64,000 nucleotides of DNA, from the IMG/VR virus record IMGVR_UViG_3300026518_000009, positions 16,247 to 80,246 of that record. The stretch is one strand, 5' to 3'. This DNA is from a virus. Below the pieces are notes generated by a model, which was given only the letters and a program-made list of their open reading frames with translations, made no database searches and was not told the DNA's origin. Below are positions 40,847 to 50,981 of the stretch, one piece after another. Position 1 is the stretch's first letter. The number at the start of each line of letters is the position of its first letter. The position numbers and the translations under genes were made by a program.

Positions 40847-40868
40847 AATGTATTTAAAATATAGGGCT

Positions 40869-41039
40869 ATGAAACAGATTACAATTTCAGAACGAGTACA
40901 CAAATTATTTACTAACAAACAAATTGATACTTCATATAAAGAAGTTAAGAAATTAAAAAATATTAAAGTTGGTAAAACTGGTAAATTAAAAGGTGGTTTA
41001 CATTATGTACTTATGAAAAATGGTTTTTTACTATTTTAA
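40869..41039 (+). CDS. small basic hypothetical protein
   Basis: ATG at 40869 (MKQITISERV) lies downstream of the promoter. Confidence 0.55.
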   Translation: MKQITISERVHKLFTNKQIDTSYKEVKKLKNIKVGKTGKLKGGLHYVLMKNGFLLF

Positions 41040-41051
41040 ATAATAATAATA

Positions 41052-42029
41052 ATGAAATTATATTTTAATGAAAAAGCACATAAATATACTGATGAATTTG
41101 GTAATAAATATATAAGTGCTACAACACTAATAGGAAATTATACAAATAAATTTAGTGATAAGGAAAAAGATATTGCTAAAGCTTGTGCTAGAATAGGTAA
41201 AAATCCTAGACATCCTAAATATTTACGTTATAAAGATAAATCTGCTAAACAAATATTAGCAGAATGGAAAGCCATTAGAGATAATGCTTGTAATATAGGT
41301 AATAATAAACATAGTTACCTTGAGCATGCTGTTAAAGACTCTAATGGTTTTTTTAATGTATTTAAGACAAAATATAATACTAAGGATAACAATGGAAATG
41401 TAAAATTATTTACAGTTGAAGATTTATCAAATAATATTAATATAGGTGAATTAAATATAGATTATTTCATTGATACTGGTATTAAAGATAAATATCCAAA
41501 GATATATGAAATAATAAAATTATTAGTAAATGATGGATGGAAGATATATAGTGAAATAGGAGTATTTGATTCATCTACCTTAATATCTGGATTAATAGAT
41601 ATATTATTTATAAAAGATAAAGACTTTATTATATTAGATTGGAAAACTAATAAAGATACTATTAAGTTTGAATCTGGATATTGGGATAAAGATAATAATG
41701 GAAAAACCACTAATTATGTATTTACAGATAAAAGATTTAAACCTCCTTTAGATCATTTACCTCAAAGTGTTGGTAATAAATATACACTTCAATTAAGTTT
41801 ATATGATTATTTAGTAGAACTGTTTGGTTTTAATTTTGTTACAAATATATTATGTCATATTAAGCATGATGTATATACTTATGAAGATGAAGAGGTTGTA
41901 GATGATATTACATTACTAGGAAAGAATAAGGTAGAAATATTATCTATTAAATATCTTAAACAAGATATTATTAATATGGTAAATCATTATATTAATGTAA
42001 GAAGTAATGGACAATTAACTATTATATAA
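41052..42029 (+). CDS. PD-(D/E)XK family nuclease
   Basis: YISATT, GNNKH, SEIGV, SGLIDIL, LDWKTN, YTLQLSLY. Confidence 0.9.
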   Translation: MKLYFNEKAHKYTDEFGNKYISATTLIGNYTNKFSDKEKDIAKACARIGKNPRHPKYLRYKDKSAKQILAEWKAIRDNACNIGNNKHSYLEHAVKDSNGFFNVFKTKYNTKDNNGNVKLFTVEDLSNNINIGELNIDYFIDTGIKDKYPKIYEIIKLLVNDGWKIYSEIGVFDSSTLISGLIDILFIKDKDFIILDWKTNKDTIKFESGYWDKDNNGKTTNYVFTDKRFKPPLDHLPQSVGNKYTLQLSLYDYLVELFGFNFVTNILCHIKHDVYTYEDEEVVDDITLLGKNKVEILSIKYLKQDIINMVNHYINVRSNGQLTII

Positions 42030-42031
42030 TT

Positions 42032-42229
42032 ATGAATGTAAGTATTAGATTAAAATATAATAAGTTTGATAAAGTATATCATATAACTCCTAATAGTAAT
42101 GATTTAATCATATTAGATGCTAGAATTTATATGGATGGCTCTGTTCAATATTTAGTTACATCTGGAATTGATAATTATGTATGGATTAACGAAGAAGAAT
42201 TAACTAAAGAGAAAATAATACAATTATGA
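42032..42229 (+). CDS. hypothetical protein
   Basis: 65-aa ORF, ATGA overlap. Confidence 0.65.
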   Translation: MNVSIRLKYNKFDKVYHITPNSNDLIILDARIYMDGSVQYLVTSGIDNYVWINEEELTKEKIIQL

Positions 42230-42840
42230 AATTATTTACAATAGTAAATGGTGATATAGTTATCAATAAGATAGAATTATTAACTATTACTGAATTTAAA
42301 TCTATATTAAAACGTACTAAGCATAATGAAACTCCTGCTAAAAAAAGAGATAGAATATTTAGTGAGTTAGCTTACATTTATCATATAGCTGATAGTAAGA
42401 GTTTACCAAATACTAAAGGTTATGATGATAAAGAAGCACATATATATGCTATTGAAAAAGCAGGATTAGATAAAGATTGGAAACCTGATGAATTAATATT
42501 AAAAGCAATAGAATTATATAAAGAAGAAAATAGTAGTGTTGCTAAAGACACAATTAATGAATTATTAAAAACTTTTAGATTTACTAATAAAGTTATAATA
42601 AAAGTTAGAAAAGCTATTGAAGATATACTTGATACAGACAAATTAAATAAAGAACAAGCTGCTGAGGTATTAGGTCTTATTGAAACTAGTATAAAATTTG
42701 GTAGAGATATACCAAAATTAAGTAGAGAATTAAATACTGCAATAAATGAATTATATGAAGATGAAAATGATGATGTAGTATTATTACGTGGTAGTAAAGA
42801 ACCAGTTCCTATGAGTGCTGATCCAGATACTGATTTTTAA
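42226..42840 (+). CDS. conserved crAss-like protein upstream of terminase (possible small terminase)
   Basis: ELAYIY...AGLDKDWKPD motif, helical, typical position. Confidence 0.7.
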   Translation: MKLFTIVNGDIVINKIELLTITEFKSILKRTKHNETPAKKRDRIFSELAYIYHIADSKSLPNTKGYDDKEAHIYAIEKAGLDKDWKPDELILKAIELYKEENSSVAKDTINELLKTFRFTNKVIIKVRKAIEDILDTDKLNKEQAAEVLGLIETSIKFGRDIPKLSRELNTAINELYEDENDDVVLLRGSKEPVPMSADPDTDF

Positions 42841-42858
42841 TAACTAAATATAATAGAA

Positions 42859-43173
42859 ATGAAAACAGAAAATTTATTAATTAAATGTATTAATATAGAA
42901 TTAGAAGCTAATGATCAAAATATAGCTGATAATTATCCTAATAGTGGATTCTATATTATTGAAAATAGTAAAGTTGAAGGTTTATTTTATGTTAGTAAAG
43001 AGAATAACACTGTAATATATATAGATACTATTGCTCAAATTAAGTCATATATTACTAAAACTAAAAATAAAAATGATGTAGCTAAAATTGATAATAGTAT
43101 TATTACAGGAGATGTATTACTTAAAACTATTGCTATGATAGTAAACAATGAAAATTATAAATCATTAAAATAA
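42859..43173 (+). CDS. hypothetical protein
   Basis: 104-aa ORF. Confidence 0.65.
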   Translation: MKTENLLIKCINIELEANDQNIADNYPNSGFYIIENSKVEGLFYVSKENNTVIYIDTIAQIKSYITKTKNKNDVAKIDNSIITGDVLLKTIAMIVNNENYKSLK

Positions 43174-43179
43174 TATATT

Positions 43180-43296
43180 ATGGGTAATATTCCAATTATA
43201 GATATGAATGACTCTAATTTTAATAGTAAATTAGATTTTATGTTAAATACGGATGGTATTCCTACTATTGATGAATTAATGAATGAATTAAAATAA
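43180..43296 (+). CDS. small acidic protein (38 aa, not in ORF track)
   Basis: MGNIPIIDMNDSNFNSKLDFMLNTDGIPTIDELMNELK; stop is 1 nt before the terminase ATG. Confidence 0.5.
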   Translation: MGNIPIIDMNDSNFNSKLDFMLNTDGIPTIDELMNELK

Positions 43297-43297
43297 T

Positions 43298-45610
43298 ATG
43301 GTTGATAGTTCACATAAAACTTTACCATTTATTGAATATGTACATAGTGATAAATCTATGTATCCTAAAGCTAGTGAAACATTAAATACTAGATTAGGAG
43401 TTAATTATATAGATAAAGATAATGATTTTCTTATCGGTAATAGTGGTGGGTTTTTAATGAATTGGAATTTTAAGTTTATTGATACTTATATATTTAGTGA
43501 AGCAGCAAGAGCATATGAAGAAAATAGACATAATCCTGATATAGTTAATTGGGTTAATAGTATTACTATTAGTAAAAGTGAAAATAGAAATAAGTATTAT
43601 TATTGTCCTCATAGATTTGGTACTGAAGAATATAATAAATTTTGGAGAAGAGAAACATATCGTAGAAGAAATGGTATGACAGCTAAATGTAAATTATTAT
43701 CTACTGGTAAGATAGTTAATTTACATATTACAGGTGATCATTATAATTATCTTAATTATAGTAGAATTAATAGAACTCCAACTAAAGATGAATTTGAAGA
43801 ATTACATAAAAAAGGTGATTATAAAACAACTCTTATACAAGGATTTCCTAGATTTTGGGATGGAGATTACTGGAATTTTAAGATAGATTTCTTTATAGCA
43901 AATAATGGATTTCATTTAGCTAAAGGTAAAGCTCGTGGTAAAGGATACAGTAATAAACGTGGAAGTCAAGCGGCAAATACATTAAATTTAATTCCAAGAG
44001 CTACTGTTGTATTAGCTGCAGATTTAATAGATTACTTAACTGATGCTGATGCAACTGCTGGAATGGTTAAAACTAATCTTGATTGGTTAGAAAATAATAC
44101 TCATTGGAGAAGATTTTATTTAAGTGAAGACTTAGAAGAACTTGAATTAGGATATAAAACAAGTACTGGTGGAAATACTAAATATGGATATAGAAGTAAA
44201 TTATATAGTGTTAGTATTCATGTTAATGAAAGTGCTGCGATTGGCAAGAAAGCAATAGAAATAGATTTTGAAGAAGCTGGTAAATGTCCTAATCTTGAAA
44301 AAGCATTAAGTGTAACATTAAGTAGTACTGAAGTTGGTGCAGGCAATATTGGTACAATTAGAGTATATGGAACTGCTGGCACTAAAGCTGCTAACTGGAT
44401 ACCTTTTTCTAATGTATTTTTTAATCCTTCTAGATATAAAATGATGCCATTTGAAAATGTGTGGGATTACGATGCTAGAAATAAAGTATGTGGCTTCTTT
44501 CATCCTCAAGTTCTTAATATGGAACCATTTATGGATAAATATGGTAATAGTTTACTAGAAGAAGCATATGAATATGATAAAAAAGATAAGAAGTTACAAG
44601 AGAAAGAATTAACAATATCTCAATATATTACTTACGTTGGACAAAGAGCTAATACTCCTGAAGAAGCTTTTAAACAAGGTGGTGAAAATATATTTAGTAG
44701 TATTGAATTAAGTACTCATATTGCTAGAGTATTATCTGATGATAGTATTGCATATTATAGAGATGGAATGATTGTATCTACTGAAAAAGGATTAGAATTT
44801 AAAACTAATTTAGAATTAAAAGCTGCTGGTATAACAACTCATCCATATATAACTGATGTTCCATTTTCTGTCAAAGATGATATATATGGTTGTATTAGAG
44901 AATATTATCCTCCTTATTTAGTAGATGGAAAAGTTCCCTCTGATCTATATTATGTAACATATGATACAGTTGGAATAGATAAAAATAGGAAATATATTAC
45001 AAATAAACATTCTCTAAATTCAATGCAAGTAATAATGTATCCAAATAATTATACTAATACTAGAGGTGATATTATAGTAGCTAGTTATGCTGGAAGACCA
45101 GATAGAATGGAAGAAGCTGATAAAATATTTCTTAATTTATGTAAAAGATATAATACTATAGGTGGTGGAGTAGTTGAACGTGATAGAGGAGAAACAATTA
45201 GTAATTTTAGAAAATGGAAAGAAACTAAATGGTTATCTACTGATCCAACTATAATATTATCTAATAAACGTAAAATGGTAGACGCTGTATTATATGGTAT
45301 TTCAATTGGTTCTGGGGATAATGCTATGCGTGGTTTAGAAATGCTTAGAGATTGGTTATATACTAAAGTTGGGGATGATGAAAATGGAAATCCAATATAT
45401 GTGTTCCATTATATAAACGACTTACCCTTTTTAAAAGAGTTGTCTATGTTTAATTTTAATGATAATTTTGACCGTATAAGTTCTATGAGAGTAGGAATGT
45501 TTAAATTAAATGCAATGAAAGTAAAACATAAGTCTGATATGATTGCAGCATCTAAATTTCATAGTGCTAGTGTATATAGTCAAATTGGTTTATATGGATA
45601 TAATAATTAA
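43298..45610 (+). CDS. terL: Terminase large subunit
   Basis: ITGDHYNYLNY, KARGKGYS (Walker A), FEEAG (Walker B), YGTAG, nuclease YDT...NFDRISS. Confidence 0.93.
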   Translation: MVDSSHKTLPFIEYVHSDKSMYPKASETLNTRLGVNYIDKDNDFLIGNSGGFLMNWNFKFIDTYIFSEAARAYEENRHNPDIVNWVNSITISKSENRNKYYYCPHRFGTEEYNKFWRRETYRRRNGMTAKCKLLSTGKIVNLHITGDHYNYLNYSRINRTPTKDEFEELHKKGDYKTTLIQGFPRFWDGDYWNFKIDFFIANNGFHLAKGKARGKGYSNKRGSQAANTLNLIPRATVVLAADLIDYLTDADATAGMVKTNLDWLENNTHWRRFYLSEDLEELELGYKTSTGGNTKYGYRSKLYSVSIHVNESAAIGKKAIEIDFEEAGKCPNLEKALSVTLSSTEVGAGNIGTIRVYGTAGTKAANWIPFSNVFFNPSRYKMMPFENVWDYDARNKVCGFFHPQVLNMEPFMDKYGNSLLEEAYEYDKKDKKLQEKELTISQYITYVGQRANTPEEAFKQGGENIFSSIELSTHIARVLSDDSIAYYRDGMIVSTEKGLEFKTNLELKAAGITTHPYITDVPFSVKDDIYGCIREYYPPYLVDGKVPSDLYYVTYDTVGIDKNRKYITNKHSLNSMQVIMYPNNYTNTRGDIIVASYAGRPDRMEEADKIFLNLCKRYNTIGGGVVERDRGETISNFRKWKETKWLSTDPTIILSNKRKMVDAVLYGISIGSGDNAMRGLEMLRDWLYTKVGDDENGNPIYVFHYINDLPFLKELSMFNFNDNFDRISSMRVGMFKLNAMKVKHKSDMIAASKFHSASVYSQIGLYGYNN

Positions 45611-45613
45611 TAT

Positions 45614-47941
45614 ATGATAAGTACTAGACAAGACCAACGTGTTTCAGTCGCTAAAAAACAGAGTGAAGGATGGTATATGCCAAATATTCATTATTATATT
45701 GGTATGGCTACTGCATTAAATAATAAAAACAATACACAAGAAAATCTTAATGCTGCTAATGGAATAATAGATACTACTACGTATAATTATGTATTGAATC
45801 CTATACAATTTGATGGTAATATACTAAGAAAACTTCCAGGAGAAATAAGGGATGTTGATTTTATTAATCCAATTAGGGAAAAGAATATAGGTGAATATTT
45901 AGAATTACCACATAATTATACTGTAAAAGTTGATGACCCTAATACTTCATTGTTAAGAAATAAACAAGTTGCTGATGAATTAACTCCAATATTACAGCAA
46001 GCAGTAATAAATTTAATTAATAATGAAAAAAATAATCCTAATGGATTACAACAACAATTAAATAATCAACAAAATCAGCAGGAGCAACAACAAAATCAAC
46101 AAGACATAAGTCAGCAAAATCAACAACCTCAACAAAATCAACAAGTAGAATCCCAAATTCCTATAAGTGGAGTTCCATCTGCGGATATTAAAGATATTAA
46201 AGCTGTAATAAAAGAAGCTACTGATAACTGGTTTGATAGTAGAGCTGAAAGAGTTAGTAATCTTATTCAATGGATATGTGATAATAATGATTCAGAAAAT
46301 AAAAGATTAACACTCTTTAATTATTGGTGGAGTACAGAAGAATGTTATATTCGTACATATATTAATAATAATGAAGTATTATATGAAATTATCAGTCCAT
46401 TAGAAGGTTATCCTATTGATAATAGTTATGAGTTTGTAGATGACCATGAGGCATTTGTTATAATGCGATATATTAGTATTAATACTATATATGAAAGATA
46501 TGAAGATAAATTATCTAAAGCTGATATAGAATATCTAAAAGAATTACAAAATAGAACTAATTCTACTGGTTTATGTACTATTACTGCTCAATTAGTAACT
46601 GATATTTATGGAAGAAAAGTATTTGATGAAAATAATAATGCTGTTCCTGGAAATACCTCTTATAATATTTCTAAAAATGGAATGATTAGAGAAGTTATAT
46701 TATATTTTAAAACTAGTACTAAACGTAGAATACTATATAAATATAATCAATTAGGTACTGTTGTATCAGAGGTAATTCAAGATAAAAATTTTGTATTTGA
46801 TACATCCAAAGGCCATATTAGTATAGAGAATGAATGGATTACTGAAACTTGGGAACAAGTATTGTTAGGAGAATATTATATTGGTATATATTTAAAGCCA
46901 GAACCAATTCCAGTACAAATATATGATGCTAATGGTCATAATAAACTTCCTATAATTGGTAAGAAAGGTCTTATTAATGGAGTATATATTAATCCTATTC
47001 CTCATAGAATTGCACCTAATTTAGCATTATATAGAATAATTACATTACAAATAGAACGACAGTTTGCAAAATACAAAGGTAGTATGGAGCTTATTCCTAA
47101 ATCTATGCTATTAGGTGATAATGGTGATATAAAAGGTAATATGTTTTATCGTATTGCTGATGGTACTATTATATATGATGATCAAGCTGTAGATTTTAAT
47201 ACTGCTGCTCAAGGATATAGAATAGTTGGTAATGATGCTGCAACTAACTATATTAAAGCTTTAATTGATTTTAGAGATATGATTAAAGCTGAGGCATGGG
47301 ATATGGCAAATATGAATGAAAGTAGATATGGAAATGCTCCTGCAAGTGCTACAGTTACAAATAATAATCAAAATATATTTAGAGCTAAATTAGGTAGTGT
47401 ATTAATGATTACTACATTTAATAGTATATTATTAAGATTATATCGACAATTGGTTGAATATGCTAAAGTAGCTTATGTTAATGGAGTATCTGGTGCAATC
47501 AGAGATGATGCTGAAAATAAGATTACTTATTTTAATATAGATAGTGGAGAATTAACTGAAAATAATTATGGTATATTTATGTCTAATGCTGTATTAGATT
47601 TAAATAAATTAGAAGAATATAAAAAATTAGCATTTAGTGCTAGTCAGAATGGTGATTTTGATATTGCTATGGAAGCTATTGATTCTGATAATATTAGTAG
47701 GATTAGAAAACATATTAAAGAATTAGTTAAAGCTAATAAAGAATATCAACGTGAATTAGAGATTCAAAAGCAACAAACATTAATGCAAATTAATGAAGAA
47801 AAAATGCAAAGTGCACAAGCAGATAGAGATAATGCTCTTGCAATGGTTAAATTAAAAGAAGAACTTATAACTAATAGAGATTTAAAACTAGCTGCTTCTA
47901 ATAATTATAATAAAGGTAAAGTTAATAATATAAATAAATAA
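45614..47941 (+). CDS. Portal protein
   Basis: Follows terL; IRDVDFINPI...IGEY, ITETWE, AWDMANMNESRYG; size typical of crAss portals. Confidence 0.88.
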   Translation: MISTRQDQRVSVAKKQSEGWYMPNIHYYIGMATALNNKNNTQENLNAANGIIDTTTYNYVLNPIQFDGNILRKLPGEIRDVDFINPIREKNIGEYLELPHNYTVKVDDPNTSLLRNKQVADELTPILQQAVINLINNEKNNPNGLQQQLNNQQNQQEQQQNQQDISQQNQQPQQNQQVESQIPISGVPSADIKDIKAVIKEATDNWFDSRAERVSNLIQWICDNNDSENKRLTLFNYWWSTEECYIRTYINNNEVLYEIISPLEGYPIDNSYEFVDDHEAFVIMRYISINTIYERYEDKLSKADIEYLKELQNRTNSTGLCTITAQLVTDIYGRKVFDENNNAVPGNTSYNISKNGMIREVILYFKTSTKRRILYKYNQLGTVVSEVIQDKNFVFDTSKGHISIENEWITETWEQVLLGEYYIGIYLKPEPIPVQIYDANGHNKLPIIGKKGLINGVYINPIPHRIAPNLALYRIITLQIERQFAKYKGSMELIPKSMLLGDNGDIKGNMFYRIADGTIIYDDQAVDFNTAAQGYRIVGNDAATNYIKALIDFRDMIKAEAWDMANMNESRYGNAPASATVTNNNQNIFRAKLGSVLMITTFNSILLRLYRQLVEYAKVAYVNGVSGAIRDDAENKITYFNIDSGELTENNYGIFMSNAVLDLNKLEEYKKLAFSASQNGDFDIAMEAIDSDNISRIRKHIKELVKANKEYQRELEIQKQQTLMQINEEKMQSAQADRDNALAMVKLKEELITNRDLKLAASNNYNKGKVNNINK

Positions 47942-47964
47942 TAATAACAATTAAACTTAATAAA

Positions 47965-49383
47965 ATGGCAGACGGAAAAATTGTAATACCAGGAGAAAAA
48001 ATAGATACTGGAATTAATGATATTAAACCTCCAGAAGAATTAACTCCTGAACAAATTGCAGCTAAAGAAGCAGAAGAAGCTGCTAAAAAGAAAGCAGAAG
48101 AAGATGATAAAACATCACTAGAAAGTGGTACAAATGAGTCTAAAGTTGAAATAGATGGAATTGAATATAAATTGGATGATAAAGGTAATGCTTTATCTGA
48201 AGATGGTAATATATTTAAAACTAAAGAAGAATTAGATATACTTGAAGATTCTAATAATAATAATGATAATAATAATAAATTAGATATTGATGGTGTAATT
48301 TATACTATTGATAAAGATGGAAATGCAGTAGATGATAAAGGAAATATTACATACAGTAAGGAAGATATAGATAAAATGGAAGCTAATTCTGAAAATGAAT
48401 TAGGAGATGTTGATTTAAAATCTATAATTGATGACACTAAAATTGTTATTACTGATAAAGATGGAAATCCTATAGAATATGATAATACTAAGGAAGGATT
48501 AGAAAAATATATAGAAGATGTATATAATAAAGCTAGTAAAGATGCAGTTGATGAGCAATTTGAAAAATTATATACAGCATATCCATTTCTTCCTAATTTG
48601 TTAACACATTTACAAGCTGGTGGAACATTTGATGATTTTGCTAATACTGAAAGTTATGCAAATGTAACATTAGATAAAGATAATGAAGCACAATTAAAAG
48701 CTATTATTACTAAAGCTAGAAGTGCAAGAGGAGATTCTCAAGAGAGTATTGATAGATACTATAATTATCTTAAATCTAGTGATGACAATAATGATGCTGT
48801 AATTGAAGAAGCTGAAAGAGAACTTAAATATTTAAAAGATACAGAACAGCAAAGATTACAGAAACAACAACAATTAATTGACCAACAACAACAAGCACAA
48901 CAAGAAGAATTAAATAATTATTGGGGTGTTAAAGTTGATGAACAAGGTAATTTAATTGATTTAAATAAAGATAATAGTGTTTATTCTATTATTAAAAATA
49001 AAACTATAAAATTGGGAGATGATACTTTTAAAATTCCTGATAAAATTAGAGTTGTTGAAAATGGTAAAGCTATTCTCTATACTCCTGATGACTTTTTTAA
49101 ATATTTATATGAACCGATAGTAGTTAATATAAATGGTAAAAGAGTTACTACAACTAGAGATAATATAAAGCTATCTCAGGAGAAAGAAAAACGTAATATA
49201 AATAATGACTTGTATGATGCTTTTCTTAGATTTACTAATTATGATAAATCTCAATTTATTAATGAACAAATTAAGAATAGTGAAGTACAAAAAATTAAAA
49301 AGTTAAGTGCTAAGCGTATTAAGAAATCAACTAACACTAAAACTGCACCGACGGGTGGTAAAAAACGTATTGTAATTAAATAA
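47965..49383 (+). CDS. acidic head-assembly protein (putative scaffold)
   Basis: Between portal and MCP; acidic, with a duplicated IDG.EY.LD..GNA module. Confidence 0.75.
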   Translation: MADGKIVIPGEKIDTGINDIKPPEELTPEQIAAKEAEEAAKKKAEEDDKTSLESGTNESKVEIDGIEYKLDDKGNALSEDGNIFKTKEELDILEDSNNNNDNNNKLDIDGVIYTIDKDGNAVDDKGNITYSKEDIDKMEANSENELGDVDLKSIIDDTKIVITDKDGNPIEYDNTKEGLEKYIEDVYNKASKDAVDEQFEKLYTAYPFLPNLLTHLQAGGTFDDFANTESYANVTLDKDNEAQLKAIITKARSARGDSQESIDRYYNYLKSSDDNNDAVIEEAERELKYLKDTEQQRLQKQQQLIDQQQQAQQEELNNYWGVKVDEQGNLIDLNKDNSVYSIIKNKTIKLGDDTFKIPDKIRVVENGKAILYTPDDFFKYLYEPIVVNINGKRVTTTRDNIKLSQEKEKRNINNDLYDAFLRFTNYDKSQFINEQIKNSEVQKIKKLSAKRIKKSTNTKTAPTGGKKRIVIK

Positions 49384-49415
49384 TATTGTTAAATTAAAGT
49401 AAACAAAATGAGAAA

Positions 49416-50897
49416 ATGAGAGAACTATATAGTACAGCTTATAATAGCGAGCGTTTTACTGATGAAAATGTTCTATATAAAAATGATTTAATTGATGCAC
49501 CTACTCTTAGTAGAGGACTTACTTATCTATATGGAAAAGATAGTGAAATGTTTCCTTTACTTAGTCTTACTGAAGGACAAAATGGTCTTGTAAGTATTCC
49601 ACGTAAAGAACTAAATGATACTCAATATACTTGGAATGTTATGGGTAGAATGAAACATACCAGTAGAGTTGTTGGTCTTGCTAATCCTAATAATTCTAAG
49701 CCTGGTTTAGGATTTACCCCTTTTGATGTATATTTTGAAGATGATTGGTTTTTGAAATTTTATGGTGCTACTACTCCTGATAAACAGCATAATGTTCGTA
49801 TTCAGGGTACTCCTGTTAAAGTTGGAGATAAAAAGTTTAAAGTTACCTTTATGCTTAATACTTCTGACCCTGAAGAATATGTTAGTCTTGAAAACTTTAT
49901 TGGTAATGTAGCATGGGTTATGACTGCTCCCTCAGTTGGTGCTAGTCATTCTGATGGTACATCTAGTAATAGTATGTCGCCTGGAAAATGGAGCAATCAA
50001 TTTGGATTTCTTCGTTTTAGTAAACAAATTGCTGGTAATATTGCTAATAAAGTTACAAATATTGAATTTGATTTAGAGGGAGGTGGAACTACTAATCTAT
50101 GGATGCCGTGGGAAATGCGACAGTTTGAAATAGATAGAAGGTTAATGCTTGAAGAAGAACTTTGGAATGGTAAATATAACAGAGATAAATATGGTCAAAT
50201 TCATCTTAAAGATAGTGAAAGTGGTGAAGTAATTCCTAAAGGAGCTGGTGTTAAGGAAATTCTTAAAACTACTGGACAGTATGATACATATGGAACATTG
50301 ACTCTTAAGAAAATTGATAGTGTAATTACTAATCTATTTTCTAATAGAGTTGATAATAACCCTATGGAACTTGTATTTTATACTGGAACTGGTGGTATGA
50401 GAGCTTTTAATGAAGCTATTAAAGTTAGAGCTCATGCTAATCAGTATTATTATAAATTAAGTGAGGCAGAAATCATGAGTGGCAAAGATGGTTATCTAAG
50501 TTATGGTAAGTATTTTATGCAATATAAAACTATTGATGGTTATGTTATTACTCTAAAACATGCTAATATCTTTGATAAAGGACTATATGCTGAACTTGAT
50601 AGAGCTAATGGTAATATGTATAATGGACTTCCTGCTGAATCATATAATATGATTTTGCTTGATATGAGTACTAATGATGATGGAGAACGTAATGTTCAAC
50701 TAGTTGGTGAACAAGGAAGAGAAGTTGTTACTGGTATTTATAAAGGTATGAGTCCTTTACCAGGTGCTTGGGGTGCAATTGACAATGGTAAATTGTTAAG
50801 TACAAAGAAAGATGAAGCTAGTTATGAAGTATTTGTTTCACAAGGCATTACTTTAAAAAATTATACTACTAGTTATTTCCTTGAATTTGTAAAATAA
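49416..50897 (+). CDS. Major capsid protein
   Basis: crAss-like MCP pattern (FPLLSLTEG, YTWNVMGR, NQFGFLRFS, IPKGAGV, YTGTGG); optimized-looking codon use. Confidence 0.92.
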   Translation: MRELYSTAYNSERFTDENVLYKNDLIDAPTLSRGLTYLYGKDSEMFPLLSLTEGQNGLVSIPRKELNDTQYTWNVMGRMKHTSRVVGLANPNNSKPGLGFTPFDVYFEDDWFLKFYGATTPDKQHNVRIQGTPVKVGDKKFKVTFMLNTSDPEEYVSLENFIGNVAWVMTAPSVGASHSDGTSSNSMSPGKWSNQFGFLRFSKQIAGNIANKVTNIEFDLEGGGTTNLWMPWEMRQFEIDRRLMLEEELWNGKYNRDKYGQIHLKDSESGEVIPKGAGVKEILKTTGQYDTYGTLTLKKIDSVITNLFSNRVDNNPMELVFYTGTGGMRAFNEAIKVRAHANQYYYKLSEAEIMSGKDGYLSYGKYFMQYKTIDGYVITLKHANIFDKGLYAELDRANGNMYNGLPAESYNMILLDMSTNDDGERNVQLVGEQGREVVTGIYKGMSPLPGAWGAIDNGKLLSTKKDEASYEVFVSQGITLKNYTTSYFLEFVK

Positions 50898-50908
50898 AAT
50901 AAAATAAT

Positions 50909-50932
50909 GGGGGTATCTTAATTGATACTCCC
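50909..50932 (+). terminator. Hairpin after MCP (terminator or mRNA stabilizer)
   Basis: GGGGGTATC-TTAATT-GATACTCCC; no strong U-run. Confidence 0.6.
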
Positions 50933-50981
50933 TACTAATAAATAATATATAATAGGTACATAAACTAATAAATAAAATAAA

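Noticed and set aside
41052-42029. Cas4/CRISPR-linked system
   Set aside because: Generic PD-(D/E)XK nuclease typical of this locus; no Cas4 Cys cluster, array or other cas genes
26938-50897. Inteins or group I introns in polB, terminase or MCP
   Set aside because: Lengths are normal, frames are uninterrupted and there are no splicing or homing-endonuclease motifs
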